Source: an uncultured Planctomycetaceae bacterium (GTDB taxonomy: Bacteria > Planctomycetota > Planctomycetia > Planctomycetales > Planctomycetaceae). From it: DNA of 64,000 bases. The stretch is taken from NCBI GenBank assembly GCA_963813715.1, contig CAWFAK010000008.1, positions 320,001 through 384,000 of the forward strand. Reading direction: 5' to 3'. Shown in pieces: positions 12,385 to 23,968 of the stretch (its first letter is position 1; each line of letters starts with the position of its first letter). The position numbers and the translations under genes were made by a program. The notes beneath the pieces are model-generated. The model had not been told where the DNA came from. It saw only the letters and a program-made list of their open reading frames with translations, and ran no database searches.

Positions 12385-13869
12385 TCAACGCGCCCCAACC
12401 GGCAGCGACAGTCCTCCGCCGGCGCCGGGATCGAGATAGTGTTCGACGACCTCGTGCGCGGGTCGGATGGCATCCGGCGTCACTCTGCGGCCGTACCAGT
12501 GCTGGTAGAGCAACTCTGTCACTGCCCGGCTCCGCAATTCGAGCGACTCGAAGAGCTCGCTTCCGGGAGCCGACGCTTGGAAGACTGCGGGCAAATTGAG
12601 CCGATGGGCGTGGACGATGCGATCGCGCACGGTCGGGTGCGAAGCGAGCCAGTTCCGCTCTTCGTTGGCAATCAACTTGCGGGCCCGTTTTTTCACTTTC
12701 GGCTCTCGATCGGCCAGCTCGGCGATGAAGGCCACCAGATCGGACGGCAAGATCCGGCAGTCGGTCGATCCGAACGCGTACTGAAAAGCCATCTCATGCG
12801 CGACGGTCAGCTCGAGCAGCCGCCGGCAAAATGCCTCGAATTCCGCTGAGCCGATGACGCCGACTTCGTAGCAATCGGCGTCGAACTCCATCCGCCGCAT
12901 GAGCAACGCGCTGGCGATCAGGCCCACCTGCATCAAGCACCAGAGGGTGTAACGCCCCACCAGAACGAGAAGCCAAAGCACGATTGCCACGAGCGCCATC
13001 AGCCAGTGGCCGCCGCTCAAGGACTCGATTAGCTCGTCGAGCAGGGTCGGGCGGCCAACGGCAAGCGCAAACCACAGATTCACACGCTTGATGAACCGGT
13101 CCAGAAAACCACTGCCCCGCTGGGCGAAGTGACCGAGCTCGTGCGCGATGACTCCGGCGAGCTGGGTCAGCGTCAGTCCGCCGACGAGCGGCAGCCCCAA
13201 CGTCAACGTGAATGCGCGCCGGCGCAGACCAAAGAAGGAGGTCTCGTAATAGGCGCTGGCGTTCACGTCGAGATTGAGGCGGATGATGTCGGGCCGCGGG
13301 CAACCGACTTTATCGGCCAGGCGGTCGACGAACGCGAACAGGGCGGGTTCGTCGAGCCTCGAAAGTCCAGTCCCCTCGTCCGGTGCGCGGAGGCCGGAAA
13401 ACAGGGGACGAATCAACGAGAGCGTCCACAGCGCGCCACCGATGCTCAGCCCCACGTACAATGCGGCGACCATGACCGTGGCGTAACCAGACATGGCTTT
13501 CATCCAGAACCAGTCGTACCGGGCGTGCCACCACGTCAGCCCGGCAACCGCGGCCACAAACGCGACGTAGAAGATCGGCAAGAGCAGCATCACGCCGCCG
13601 ACTGCCAACGCCGCGAGCCGGTGGCCCAGCGTGACCCGCTGCTTGGGGAAGACCAGCGAATCGTTCAGCAGCCGCAAGAGATCGCGGGTGCGAAGGGCGC
13701 GCGGGGAGAGGCCTGCCGGGGCGGGCACCTCGGCGGCCGGGGCCTCAATCGCAAAGCGGGTCTTGCAGCGCTTGCAAGTGCCCTGCCGCCCGGCCGCGTG
13801 CGCCGGCATGCGATACGATCGGCCGCAACCGGGGCAGGTAACAAGGATCGAGCTGTCTGCCGCGGCCAA
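12385..13869 (-). CDS. M48 family zinc metallopeptidase with N-terminal zinc ribbon
   Basis: CPGC...CKRC ribbon, TM helices, HELGH, MEFDAD and SHP motifs. Start (TTG 13869) is uncertain. Confidence 0.85.
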   Translation of the reverse strand: MAAADSSILVTCPGCGRSYRMPAHAAGRQGTCKRCKTRFAIEAPAAEVPAPAGLSPRALRTRDLLRLLNDSLVFPKQRVTLGHRLAALAVGGVMLLLPIFYVAFVAAVAGLTWWHARYDWFWMKAMSGYATVMVAALYVGLSIGGALWTLSLIRPLFSGLRAPDEGTGLSRLDEPALFAFVDRLADKVGCPRPDIIRLNLDVNASAYYETSFFGLRRRAFTLTLGLPLVGGLTLTQLAGVIAHELGHFAQRGSGFLDRFIKRVNLWFALAVGRPTLLDELIESLSGGHWLMALVAIVLWLLVLVGRYTLWCLMQVGLIASALLMRRMEFDADCYEVGVIGSAEFEAFCRRLLELTVAHEMAFQYAFGSTDCRILPSDLVAFIAELADREPKVKKRARKLIANEERNWLASHPTVRDRIVHAHRLNLPAVFQASAPGSELFESLELRSRAVTELLYQHWYGRRVTPDAIRPAHEVVEHYLDPGAGGGLSLPVGAR

Positions 13870-13943
13870 GGTTGATTCCCGCCCATCGATCGCCGCCCGC
13901 GAATGTCGACGTTCCGGCCGTGTTGGCGGCGGCAGACGCAGGC

Positions 13944-16480
13944 CTACTGCCCAGGAATATTGATCTGCTCGTGCCCGGCGATCGTCACGAGACGCTCGAG
14001 CAGTTGCGGGTCGACATTCTTGCTGACGAACCGGACGGACCCGTCGGCGAAACCGACCTGCACGCCCTCCGGCTGGCCGCCCAAGCCGTCCGGGCCGTCG
14101 ATATAGGGCTTCTTGGTCAAAGCGCGAATGGTTGGACGTCCTCCGGCGGCCCACGAGCCGAAGTCCTTGTTGCATTCGCTCGTCATGATTGTGTTGGACG
14201 TGCCGTCGACGATGTCTTCAATCCGCGTGACGCGGTTGTAAGCAAAAACGCCCGCTTTGGGGCTGGTGACCGGAAGCATCGGACCATCTTCACCGACTCC
14301 GGCCAGACCGACATACTCCGTCACCGGTAGCCCGCCGGCATTCTGCTCGCCGATCATAGGATTGATGAACACGACGAGCGGCGTCGAGACGGCCGCGTGG
14401 TTCGCGGCATCGTCCCACGACTTTTTGAAGTCGATCCGATCGTAGAGCGGCTTTTGTTCGAGATAAGGCAGAATTTCGGTCTGCCAACTCAGCCGCTTGT
14501 CGGGCTTGAGGTCGGCAACGCGATAGGTGGCCGCCGGAAAACTACCCTCTGTGGCATGGTAGTTATGCAGTGCCAGTCCGATTTGTTTGAGATTGTTCTT
14601 CGATTGAGTTCGTCGGGCAGCCGCCCGCGCGGCCTGGACGGCGGGCAGCAACAGCGCGACCATCACGGGCGTGGCAACGAAAGCGCCCGTCGACAGGCCC
14701 GGAGCCGATTCGCGCGACCGCATCCGCACACCCTTTCCGTCGACGGTGACGACGGCGACGTTGGGGAACATGGGCCGCGTCACAACCTCAGCCGGCGGAA
14801 TATCTGACAGGAGGGCCATCCGCGCCCGGCGCGCTTGGAATTCGTCGGACCGCTGCGGTCGACGGTCTGATTGAGGAACCCGCCCACCATGGGCAAGTAC
14901 GTTACGATCGTCGTGTAGAGAGGCCGCGGATCGCTCAGCGAGAGCGCGACAAATTCCTTGGGCGCGGTGTCGAGCGCGGCCTGGTCGGCGGGCGACGGTT
15001 TCCAGCGATCGAGCTTGCCGTCGAGCCGCAGCAGTGCCGACTCGACCGACTGCGGCGACAGGCCCACGATGAGCCAGTGCTGATCCAACACGACGGCTGG
15101 GTGCACGGGCAGGCCTCCCAGATCGAAGATCCACGCGGGCCGGCCCGAACGCTCTTCCTCCGCGGTGGTGAAGCCGTTGGGAAAAACGGCCTGGAGTTTC
15201 TCGAAGCCGGTTTTGAGGGTCTTTTTCAGCACGTCCGGTTTTTCGACCGAGAGGGCGATGCTGAAACCGAGTCCGCCCGGAATACCGGCCGCTGCGTCGC
15301 TGTAAACGCAGACAACGTGTCCGAGCGCGTCGACCAAATCGGTCTTGGGATCGAAGCCAAGCACGGCCGGCGCTTGTTTCATCACACCGTCGACCTTGTC
15401 CGCCCCGCCGTTGCTCACGGCATCCGCGAACTTTCGCACGGTGCCCAAAATGGTGTCGTAGGCTTTGCTCCAGTTGAAACTGGCGATGACGAAGCCCGTG
15501 TTGTCATGCGGCAGCGGAGGCAAGTCGGCCAGCGAGATCGGCGCCTGGTCGGCAAGCGCCAACACGCCGCTGCGCGGGGCCGGAGCATCCAGCGTGAATT
15601 CGGAGACCAGCGCGCGATCCTTCAAACCGGTGCGCATGGCGAGCAGGCCCAACTGGCCGCCCCCCAGCACGTCGATCAACTGCCCGACGGTGAACTTTGG
15701 CTGGTTGCTGTTTTTCTCCTGAATCGTGACGTCGCCGTAGCTCTTTCGCAGCGCGGCCACGTCGCACCAGCCGGCGGCAATCGCCTGAAAATCGGTCGGC
15801 TCAACGCGGAACTTGCGCCAATTCGCCGTTTGCGTGATCGGCGGCGCCTTGCCGTCGGCGACGTCGAGTTCTGCGTCGACGGCCGGCTCGCCGAACGCGA
15901 TCACCAGATGTCCGCCTTCCGCCCACCAGGCGAGCTCGGCACCGGGCGTGGAGACAACGCCCCCATCGGCGAATCGCGAGTTTTGGAACGTGCCGTGGTT
16001 GACGCGTCGCCCGCGAATCGTCGTGACTTCGAACTGAGCCCCCTTGAACAGCTGTGGCAGTGCTGCATCAAACGCCGGCTGCAAGTCGGCCGCCTGGTGC
16101 AAGACCACGACGACCCGAGGCGTCAGTTTCCCTTTCGGAACGGAAAGGCTGAGCGAAATGCCGCGCCGCGCGATCCCACTGAGCAACTGCCGCACGGCCG
16201 ACTCCGGCACGGGCGAATCGGCCGGAATGTACGAGAGGGCGAAGTCGACGATCGTCTTCAGCAGTTTCGTCTTGTCGAGCGACTCATAACAGGCCGTCTT
16301 TTCCCAGTCAGCCTTGTGCTTCTCCGTCCCGTCCCAGCCGAAGTAAACAACCGAATCCGCCGGCATCAACGACTCCGGCGTTTGCTCTTCGCTGGCGAGC
16401 GAGAAGGCCACAGCCGACGCGATCCCGGCGCCCAGGATCAAAACAGCCGCGAAAATGAAATTCGACGCCGCATGCGACAC
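13944..16480 (-). CDS. Large exported protein with C-terminal DUF1559 (pilin-like) domain (frameshift ~14830)
   Basis: N-terminal signal/TM and a large domain in ORF 14780..16480. ALLLPAVQAAR...NNLKQIGLALHNY, DGTSNT and FADGSV follow in ORF 13944..15134. Confidence 0.85.
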
Positions 16481-16578
16481 CTGTGCGCTTAGAGGAGACG
16501 GCCCGGATTCAGCGCCGAGATTCGGCGCTCGAACGCAGTCAGGCTAACTCGCAACTGCGTCGCAAGCAATACGCGCGC

Positions 16579-19500
16579 TTACGGATACTTGAACGACTTA
16601 TCCGGATAGGCAGGCGGGGCTGGCACGGGGCGGGGGTCTTTGGCGATCGCGGTTTCGAGGTGCTTGATGGCTGCGTCGAGCTGGGCGTCGCCGCCGTTGA
16701 AGGTGGCGTGGGGCAGGTTGTCGACGACGATGTCTGGCTCGGCGCCGTGCCCTTCGATCAGCCATTTTCGTTCGGGGCCGTACACGCCGTCTTCGGCCGC
16801 CGTGGCCACGCCGCCGTCAGAGAGCGTGTTCTGGGCGCTCAGCCAAATCTCTCCGCCCCAGGTTCGCGTGCCGATGACTTTGCCCAAGCCGAGCCGGCGG
16901 AAGCCTTCCGTGAACGCTTCGCCGTCGGAGGCCGTGTTCTCGTCGCACAAAACGACAATGTGTCCGCGGAACGCGTACTGCATGTTCCAGGTCGGGACGC
17001 TGGTGCGGTCCTTCCAAAAGAACCAGGCTTTGCGCATCAGCTTTTCGAGAATGATGCTGTCGATGTTGCCGCCCCGGTTGTGGCGGACGTCGACGATCAG
17101 GCCCTGACGGTTAAAGACGGGGTAGTAGCTGCGGTACCACTCCGACAGGTCGTTGTTCCCCATCGCGGCAGGTGAACGTAGCCGATCTTGCCGTGTCCGG
17201 CCATTTCGACGCGTTGGCGGCTGCGATAGGTCCAGTCGCGATAGCGGAGGTCGGCTTCGTCGGTCACCGGCTTCACGATCACATCGCGAGACGTTTTTGC
17301 TCCTGCCGCACGGATCCGCAGCAGCACCTGCCGCCCCTGCTGGTCGCGCAACATCAGCTGCGGATCGGGCTGAGAGAGGACCGGTTCGCCGTTGATGGCT
17401 TCGATGATGTCGCCGGCGTGGATGTCCAGGTCGGGGTCGGCGAGGGGCGACAGACTGCCGGGGAGATCGGGATCGGACTGATAGATGTAGTCGATGCGGT
17501 AGCCGCCTTTGTTCTCTTCGCGCTCGAGCCGCGCACCGAGCGTGGGGACGGTGATTTGATCGGGACCTTTGCGAACGTCGCCGCCAAAGACGGCCGAGTG
17601 CAGCACCGACAGCTCGCCGACCATCTGCGCCAGGAGATCATTCAGGTCGCTGCGAGAGCTGACCCGCTTCACCAATGGCTCGTATTTTGCGCGGATGGCG
17701 ACCCAGTTCACGCCGTGCATGTTGCGGTCGTAGAAGTAGTCGCGGTGCAGCCGCCAGGCATCGACGAACATCTGATGCAAGTCTTCGCGGACGTTGATCG
17801 AATAGTGCCAGGCCCCCAAGTCGACGCGGCTCTCGGCCAGCTTGGCGGGCGGGTTGGGGGTGGCGTCGAAGATGAAGAACTCGTCGTCTTTCCGCGCGAG
17901 GATCTTCTGCCCATTGGCAGACAGCTCGAAGGAACGAACATCGGGCAGAATTCGTTCCGGCTTTTTGCCTTCGTTGCCGATCTCCAGGGCCATCAGGTGC
18001 GTCTTGCCGCCGCTGCCCGATTCGTGTTCCAACCAGAAGAGGGCTTTGCGGTTGACGGCCAGGCCCTGCAGGTTGCCGCGGGGAACGGGCACGGTTTTGA
18101 TACGGCGCTCGATGCCGTCGCGATCGATGCGAACCGGCTTCGGTGCGATTCGCTTCGGTCCCTCTTTTTTCTTCGTCTCCGTCTTTTCCTTGGTCTTATC
18201 CTCGCTCTTGTCCTTTTTCGGCGTCTCTTTGGAGGACGGGTCTTTCGATACGGTGTCTTTTGCGGGTGCGTCGCTCGCCTTCGTGTCGCTGTCTTTCGGC
18301 TTGTCCGCGTCTTTGGATTCTTCGTCGCTAGCCGCCTCGGCCCTGGCCATTATCGGGATGACGGGCACAACCGGGTGCAGCTCGTCGGCCGGCTGGAAAG
18401 GCGAGCGAATGCCCTTTCGCAGCGCGAGTCGGAAAATCTCCATCTGCTTGTCGAAATACGGCTCGGGCTGCCGCGGGCCCCACACGCCGGTCAGCGAGTG
18501 AATGGCCCGATCGGAAAGGAAGTAAATCCACTGACCATCCGGACTCCACGCCGGGTTTAGGCTGTTGTAGCGGTCGCTGGTCAGCTCGGTCGTCGTGCCC
18601 GTTTCCAGCTCGTACAGATGCAGTTGCAGGAACGTATTGAGGGACGCTTCGGCAAACACGACAAAGCGACTGTCGGGCGACCAGACGACGTCGCGAACGC
18701 CTTCGCGGTTGGTCGAGATCTTCTTGCCCGTCCCCTTGGCAATGTCGACGATCCACAGGTCGTTGTTTTTGTCGGCGTACGCGAAGTGCTTGTTGTCGGG
18801 CGACGGGTGGCCTTCCCAGGCGCAGAATCTTGCCGTCATGCGTGATCGCCTTGTCGTCGCCGAAACCCCGCGGCGGGAGCAAATGGAATTCGAGCTCGCC
18901 CGTTTCATCGGTGAGCGCCAGCAGGTGTTTGCCGTCTGGCATGAAGCGGGCTTCGCGGTAACGGACGCCCGGCTTGTGGGAGACCCGCACGAAGCGGCCC
19001 CCCTTGGCGGGTGCCACGAAGACGCCGCCCCGCGCCGTGAAGACGACGCTTTCCCCCTTCGGATGGACGTGGGCGGCCGACAGATGTTCGATCGGCCGCT
19101 CGACCCACTTCTCGCGGAGTTGATCGAAGTCGGAAGCCAGGGTGATCGGCACCACGCGGTCGACTCCGCTCGCGATGTCGTAGAGCCGGATGTCGGCTCC
19201 CAACTGGTAGACGATTCGTCCCTGCTGCAAGTCGGGCGACTGAACGTCCCAGCCGCTGTGTTTGGTGTGCTGTTTCAGGTCGCCGCCGGTGTCTTTCATC
19301 GACCAGATATTGAGCGTGCCGTCCCGATCGGCGACGAAATAGACGCGGCCGTGCTCCCACATCGGCGCGAAACTCTCGCCGACGTAATCGGCAGTGAGAT
19401 TCGTGGCCTCGGCGTCCTTCGGGGCGAATCGCCAGATTTTGCGGGCCGTGCCGCCGTGGTAGCGTTTGACGGCCTGGCGATGGAACGGCGGACGCACGAA

Positions 19501-20016
19501 GTAAATCGTGCCGTTGGGATCGATGGACGCCTCGCCCGACTGGCTGAGGGGAATTCGCGTGTGCCGTCCGTTGGCCAGATCGATCTCGACCAGCTGGAGG
19601 TTGGGCAGCGTCGAATAGTGCTGGGTGTTGTAGAGCAGGTGTCCGCCCGGCGTCCAACCGACGGGGATGGAAGTGTCGGCGGAGAACGTGCGCCGCGTTG
19701 GCGAGCCGCCTTCGAGGGGCATCGTGTAGAGCTCGGTCGGCCCCTCGTAGGACGCGGCGAACGCGAGCAACTGCCCATCGGGAGAAATCCGCGGGTGCGT
19801 TTCCTCACCCGGATGCGAAGTCAGCCGCCGGGCCACGCCTCCTTTAATACCGACGGTCCAGACGTCCCCCTCGGCCACGAAGGCGATCGTGTCGCCGTGA
19901 ATCGCGGGATATCTGTAATAGCCCTGCGGTGCCGGGGCATCCGCGGCCAACGCGACGGACCCAAAGACGAAAGCAAGTAGCGAACCGGCAATCGCACTGG
20001 GGAGCGTGCACTTCAT
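16579..20016 (-). CDS. Tricorn-like S41 protease (frameshifts ~18820 and ~17165)
   Basis: Signal peptide, GYYRYPAIHGD, PD40/beta-propeller repeats, ELSVLH, PDZ domain, DVRHNRGG, catalytic ASDGE and GTRTWGG, across three ORFs. Confidence 0.92.
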
Positions 20017-20090
20017 GGGTGAATTCATCCGTGGTGAAATCGTTGCGGGGATCAGAATCTGGCGGGGCTCTGGGTTCGGAGCGCGATTGA

Positions 20091-20178
20091 TAGGGCAGGC
20101 TGTGCCTGCCGCGATTCCTCAACAGCGGAATGTGATCCCGCTGTTAGCGTCAGGCTGCGGCCGGCACAGTCTGCCCTA
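20091..20178. repeat. REP-like inverted doublet (REPIN-like)
   Basis: 22-bp inverted arms at 20091-20112 and 20157-20178 (2 mismatches). The left arm is itself palindromic (GGCAGGC-TGT-GCCTGCC), and there is an internal hairpin AACAGCGG/CCGCTGTT. Confidence 0.7.
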
Positions 20179-20316
20179 GTATCTCTGCGCAATATCTTTC
20201 TTTCACTCTAAAGCAACCGAGGGGCAAATTCCGAGCGATTTTGGCCTCGGCGTAACAAATGGGGGGCCGGCCTCGAGACGATTGGGGACGATCCCGGCAA
20301 ACCGTTGGGGCGAGCC

Positions 20317-20345
20317 TTGTTCACCGTTGGCGACGGACCTAGAAT
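20317..20345 (+). promoter_or_regulatory. Sigma70-type promoter for yhaM-rnr
   Basis: TTGTTC-N17-TAGAAT, 45 bp upstream of ATG 20391. Confidence 0.55.
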
Positions 20346-20390
20346 CGGAACGCCAAACGATTTCAGCGGTTACGAGCACTCACGGGGCCC

Positions 20391-21368
20391 ATGGCACGGC
20401 GATACGTCAATCAATTAGGCGACGGCGACTCGGTTGAAGAGGTCTTCCTGCTGGCGGACAAACAGCTCCGCGCCAACCGCAACGCAAGCCTCTATCTGCT
20501 TGCCACGCTGCGCGACCGTACAGGCATGATCAACGGCCTGATGTGGAACATGACGGAGGGCTCGGCCTCCTCGTTCAACGCGGGCGACTTTGTGAAGGTC
20601 AAGGGCAAGGTCCAGCTCTACCAGGGGGCGCTGCAAATCATCCTCACGCACATTCAGGCGATTCCCACCAACGGCATCGACCCGTGCGACTTCCACGCCA
20701 CGACGAGCAAGAACGTCGACGTGATGCTGGCGCGGCTCCGCGAGATTCTGCTCTCGATCAGCGAGCCCAATCTCAAGCGGCTGATGGAGCGGTTCCTCGC
20801 CGACCCGGACCTCATGCACGACTTTGCGCTGGCGCCGGCCGGCATCAAGGCGCATCACGCGTATCACGGCGGACTGCTCGAGCACGTACTTAATATCTTG
20901 GAGACGGCTCATCGCATCGAGGACCTGTATCCGAAGGTCGACTTCAACCTGCTCCGCGCCGGCATCTTCTTGCACGATCTCGGCAAGATCCGCGAGATGA
21001 GCTACGCCACGGCCTTCGCCTACACAGACGAGGGGCAACTCCTGGGGCACCTGGCCATCGCGCTCGAGATGCTCGATGCGAAAATTGCGGAGGTCGTGAA
21101 GCTGACCGGCGAACCGTTCCCGATCGAATTGGCCCTCCGCCTCAAGCACATGATCCTGAGTCACCACGGCACGTACGAGTTCGGCAGCCCGAAATTGCCG
21201 ATGACTCCCGAGGCGATCGCCCTGCATCACCTCGACAATCTCGACGCCAAAGTCCACGAGTTTGCCCGCTCGATCCAGGACGATCCCAACGCGGGCTCCA
21301 ACTGGACTCCCTATTCGCCGCGGCTCGATCGCAAGCTGTATAAAGGCGTTTCCGCTGGAAGCTCCTGA
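20391..21368 (+). CDS. yhaM: YhaM-like 3'-5' exoribonuclease (OB-fold + HD)
   Basis: OB fold (LRDRTG...[12 protein letters not shown]), [21 protein letters not shown] and LDNLDAK. Confidence 0.9.
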   Translation: MARRYVNQLGDGDSVEEVFLLADKQLRANRNASLYLLATLRDRTGMINGLMWNMTEGSASSFNAGDFVKVKGKVQLYQGALQIILTHIQAIPTNGIDPCDFHATTSKNVDVMLARLREILLSISEPNLKRLMERFLADPDLMHDFALAPAGIKAHHAYHGGLLEHVLNILETAHRIEDLYPKVDFNLLRAGIFLHDLGKIREMSYATAFAYTDEGQLLGHLAIALEMLDAKIAEVVKLTGEPFPIELALRLKHMILSHHGTYEFGSPKLPMTPEAIALHHLDNLDAKVHEFARSIQDDPNAGSNWTPYSPRLDRKLYKGVSAGSS

Positions 21369-21416
21369 GAAATCCGCCGCGTCCGAACGCCTCCGTTCGC
21401 GATAGCGAACCCTCTC

Positions 21417-23737
21417 ATGTCCGATCTCGAGCGCCGAATTCTCGACGTGCTCAGCGAGCCGGGTGTCAAGCCGTTGCGGGCCGCGGCGCTCGCCAAGCGG
21501 CTGAACCTCACCAAGAAGCAACTGCCCGAATTTCGCGAGGCTTTGCAGCAACTGCTCGCTTCGCGGCGGGTGAAAGAGGGGAAGAAGGGCCGGCTGCGCC
21601 CGCGGCACTCGGCCGGGCTCGTCGAGGGGATCGTCAAACGGATCAGCAGCGGGGCCGGTTACCTCCGCCCGCATCAGCCGGTCGCGGAGGGGCGCCCGGG
21701 CGAAATCTATATCTCCCCGGCCGACATGAGCGACGCGCACACCGGGGACGAAGTGCTCGTGCGGCTGACCAGCGGCCGCCATCGATCGGGACAGCGCTGC
21801 GGCGTCGTCGAGCAGGTGCTGGTGCGGGCCTCGGGCCATTTTGTCGGCACCTATCTCGAACGCAACGGCCAAGGCTACGTCGAGGTCGACGGCAACACGT
21901 TCCGCGAACTGATCCTGGTGGGCGATCCCGGGGCCAAGGGCGCGCAGCCCAACGACAAAGTCGTGATCGAGATGCTGCGGTTCCCCTCGCATTCCGAGCG
22001 GGGCGAAGGGGTGCTGACGCAGATTCTCGGTCCGCGCAGCGCGCCGGGCGTCGACACGCTTTCCGTCATCCATGAGTTCGGTCTGCGGGACACATTTTCC
22101 GATGAAGTGCTCGACGAGGCCCGCGAACAGGCCGAGCATTTCGACGAGCGGCAACTCACGGGGCGCCTCGATCTCACCGGCGAAACGATCGTTACCATCG
22201 ACCCTGTCGACGCCCGCGATTTCGATGACGCCATTTCGCTCACCCGCACGAGCAACGACGGCTGGCGGCTCGGCGTGCACATTGCGGACGTCTCGCATTT
22301 CGTCCCTCCGAAGAGCGCGCTCGACGAAGAAGCCCGCATCCGCGGCACCAGCGTCTACCTTCCCGACCGCGTGATTCCCATGCTGCCCGAGGTCATCTCC
22401 AACGGCCTGGCGAGCCTGCAGCAGGGCAAGGTGCGGTACACGCAATCGGTCTTCATCGAGTTCGACGCCGAAGGCATGCCGCTCGACGTCGAGTTTGCCC
22501 GCTCGGCGATTCGCGTGGCTTCGCGGTTCGCGTACGAGGAAGTGCTGCCGCTGATCGAAGCGGCTCCCGGCGGCGAAGGCCGCGACGGTTCCCAAGCCGG
22601 TGCGCGAGCTGCTCGACGCGAATGCACGACCTGGCGATGTTGCTGCGGGCCCGGCGTTTGGCGAACGGGGCACTCGATCTGTCGCTTCGCGAAGTGAAGC
22701 TTCAGCTCGACGAAAACGGCGCCGTGACGGGGGCCCGGGAAGTTCCGCACGATGAAAGCCACCAGATCATCGAAGAGTTCATGCTCGCGGCAAACATCGC
22801 CGTCGCGGAGGCGCTCGACCACCGGGGAATTGCCTTCATCCGCCGCGGCCACGGCGAACCCGATTCGGCCAAGCTGCGGGCGCTGGCCCAGTTCGCGAAG
22901 ATTCTGGGCTATCCACTCAAGCGGTGCGAGAGCCGTCGCGACCTGCAGGGGTTATTGAATCGCGTCGCCGGCCGGCCGCACGAGCGGGCCATCAACTTCG
23001 CTCTGCTACGGAGCCTCAAGCAGGCCGAGTACACGGTGGCCGACGTCGGCCACTACGCGCTCGGCGTCGACAACTATTGCCACTTCACGAGCCCGATCCG
23101 CCGCTATCCCGATCTGACTGTGCATCGCACCGTGGCCGAGGTGCTGTTCGACCATAAGAGCCGTCGCGGCGGCGATGTGGTCGCGCTCGCCAAGACGGCG
23201 CGGCAATGCTCCGTCCAGGAGCGCAAGGCAGAGCAGGCCGAGCGCGAGCTGATCAAGGTCAAGCTGCTGACGTTCCTGGTGGACAAGGTCGGGCTGGAGA
23301 TGGACGCCACGATTACCGGCGTCGAGCGTTTTGGATTCTTTTGCCAGGGCGTCGAGCTCCCCGTCGACGGTCTCGTGCACATCACGGCCCTCGATCGCGG
23401 CGACTTTTACGAGTTCGACGAGGCGACCTTCAGTCTCATCGCGCGGCGGTCGGGCCGGCAGTATCGGCTGGGGGACACTCTGTCGGTGAAGGTGGCGCAC
23501 GTCGACGTCGATCGCCGCCAGCTCGATTTTGCGATCGTCCCGGAGCACGCCCGCTCGAAGCAAAAAAAACGAACCGACGAACGCGATCCCACGCCGAAAG
23601 CGCGGCACCCGCGTCTCAAAGAGGCCCAGCGCAGCCGCACGCCGGAAGAGTCGAACGCCATCCGGGCCCGCCGCCGCGAAAAGAAACGCAGCCGAGCGGA
23701 ACGCCGGGGACAAAACGGGCGTCGGCCGGGCCGTTAG
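21417..23737 (+). CDS. rnr: Ribonuclease R (frameshift ~22590)
   Basis: TIDPVDARDFDDA, VHIADV, GTSVY, EEFMLAAN, HFTSPIRRYPDL, S1 domain and a basic tail. Confidence 0.95.
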
Positions 23738-23968
23738 CACATGCGGCGGAACTCGGATTGGAATGGTCAGTTATTGTCTGCACGTAATTCCTAGCAGGCA
23801 GAGAAGTTGCATTCCGGCAGCGATTCGTTTACAACGCTCCCAAGCCGGGGTCGAATGCTGAGTTCTTGGCGAACTTCCCATTAGCGCATTCGACTCCCTT
23901 CAGTTTGAGACCGCAGGATGAGCGGTTTCGTTTTGATCGCCGCGAGTTGGTAGTTCTAGGGAGGGACT

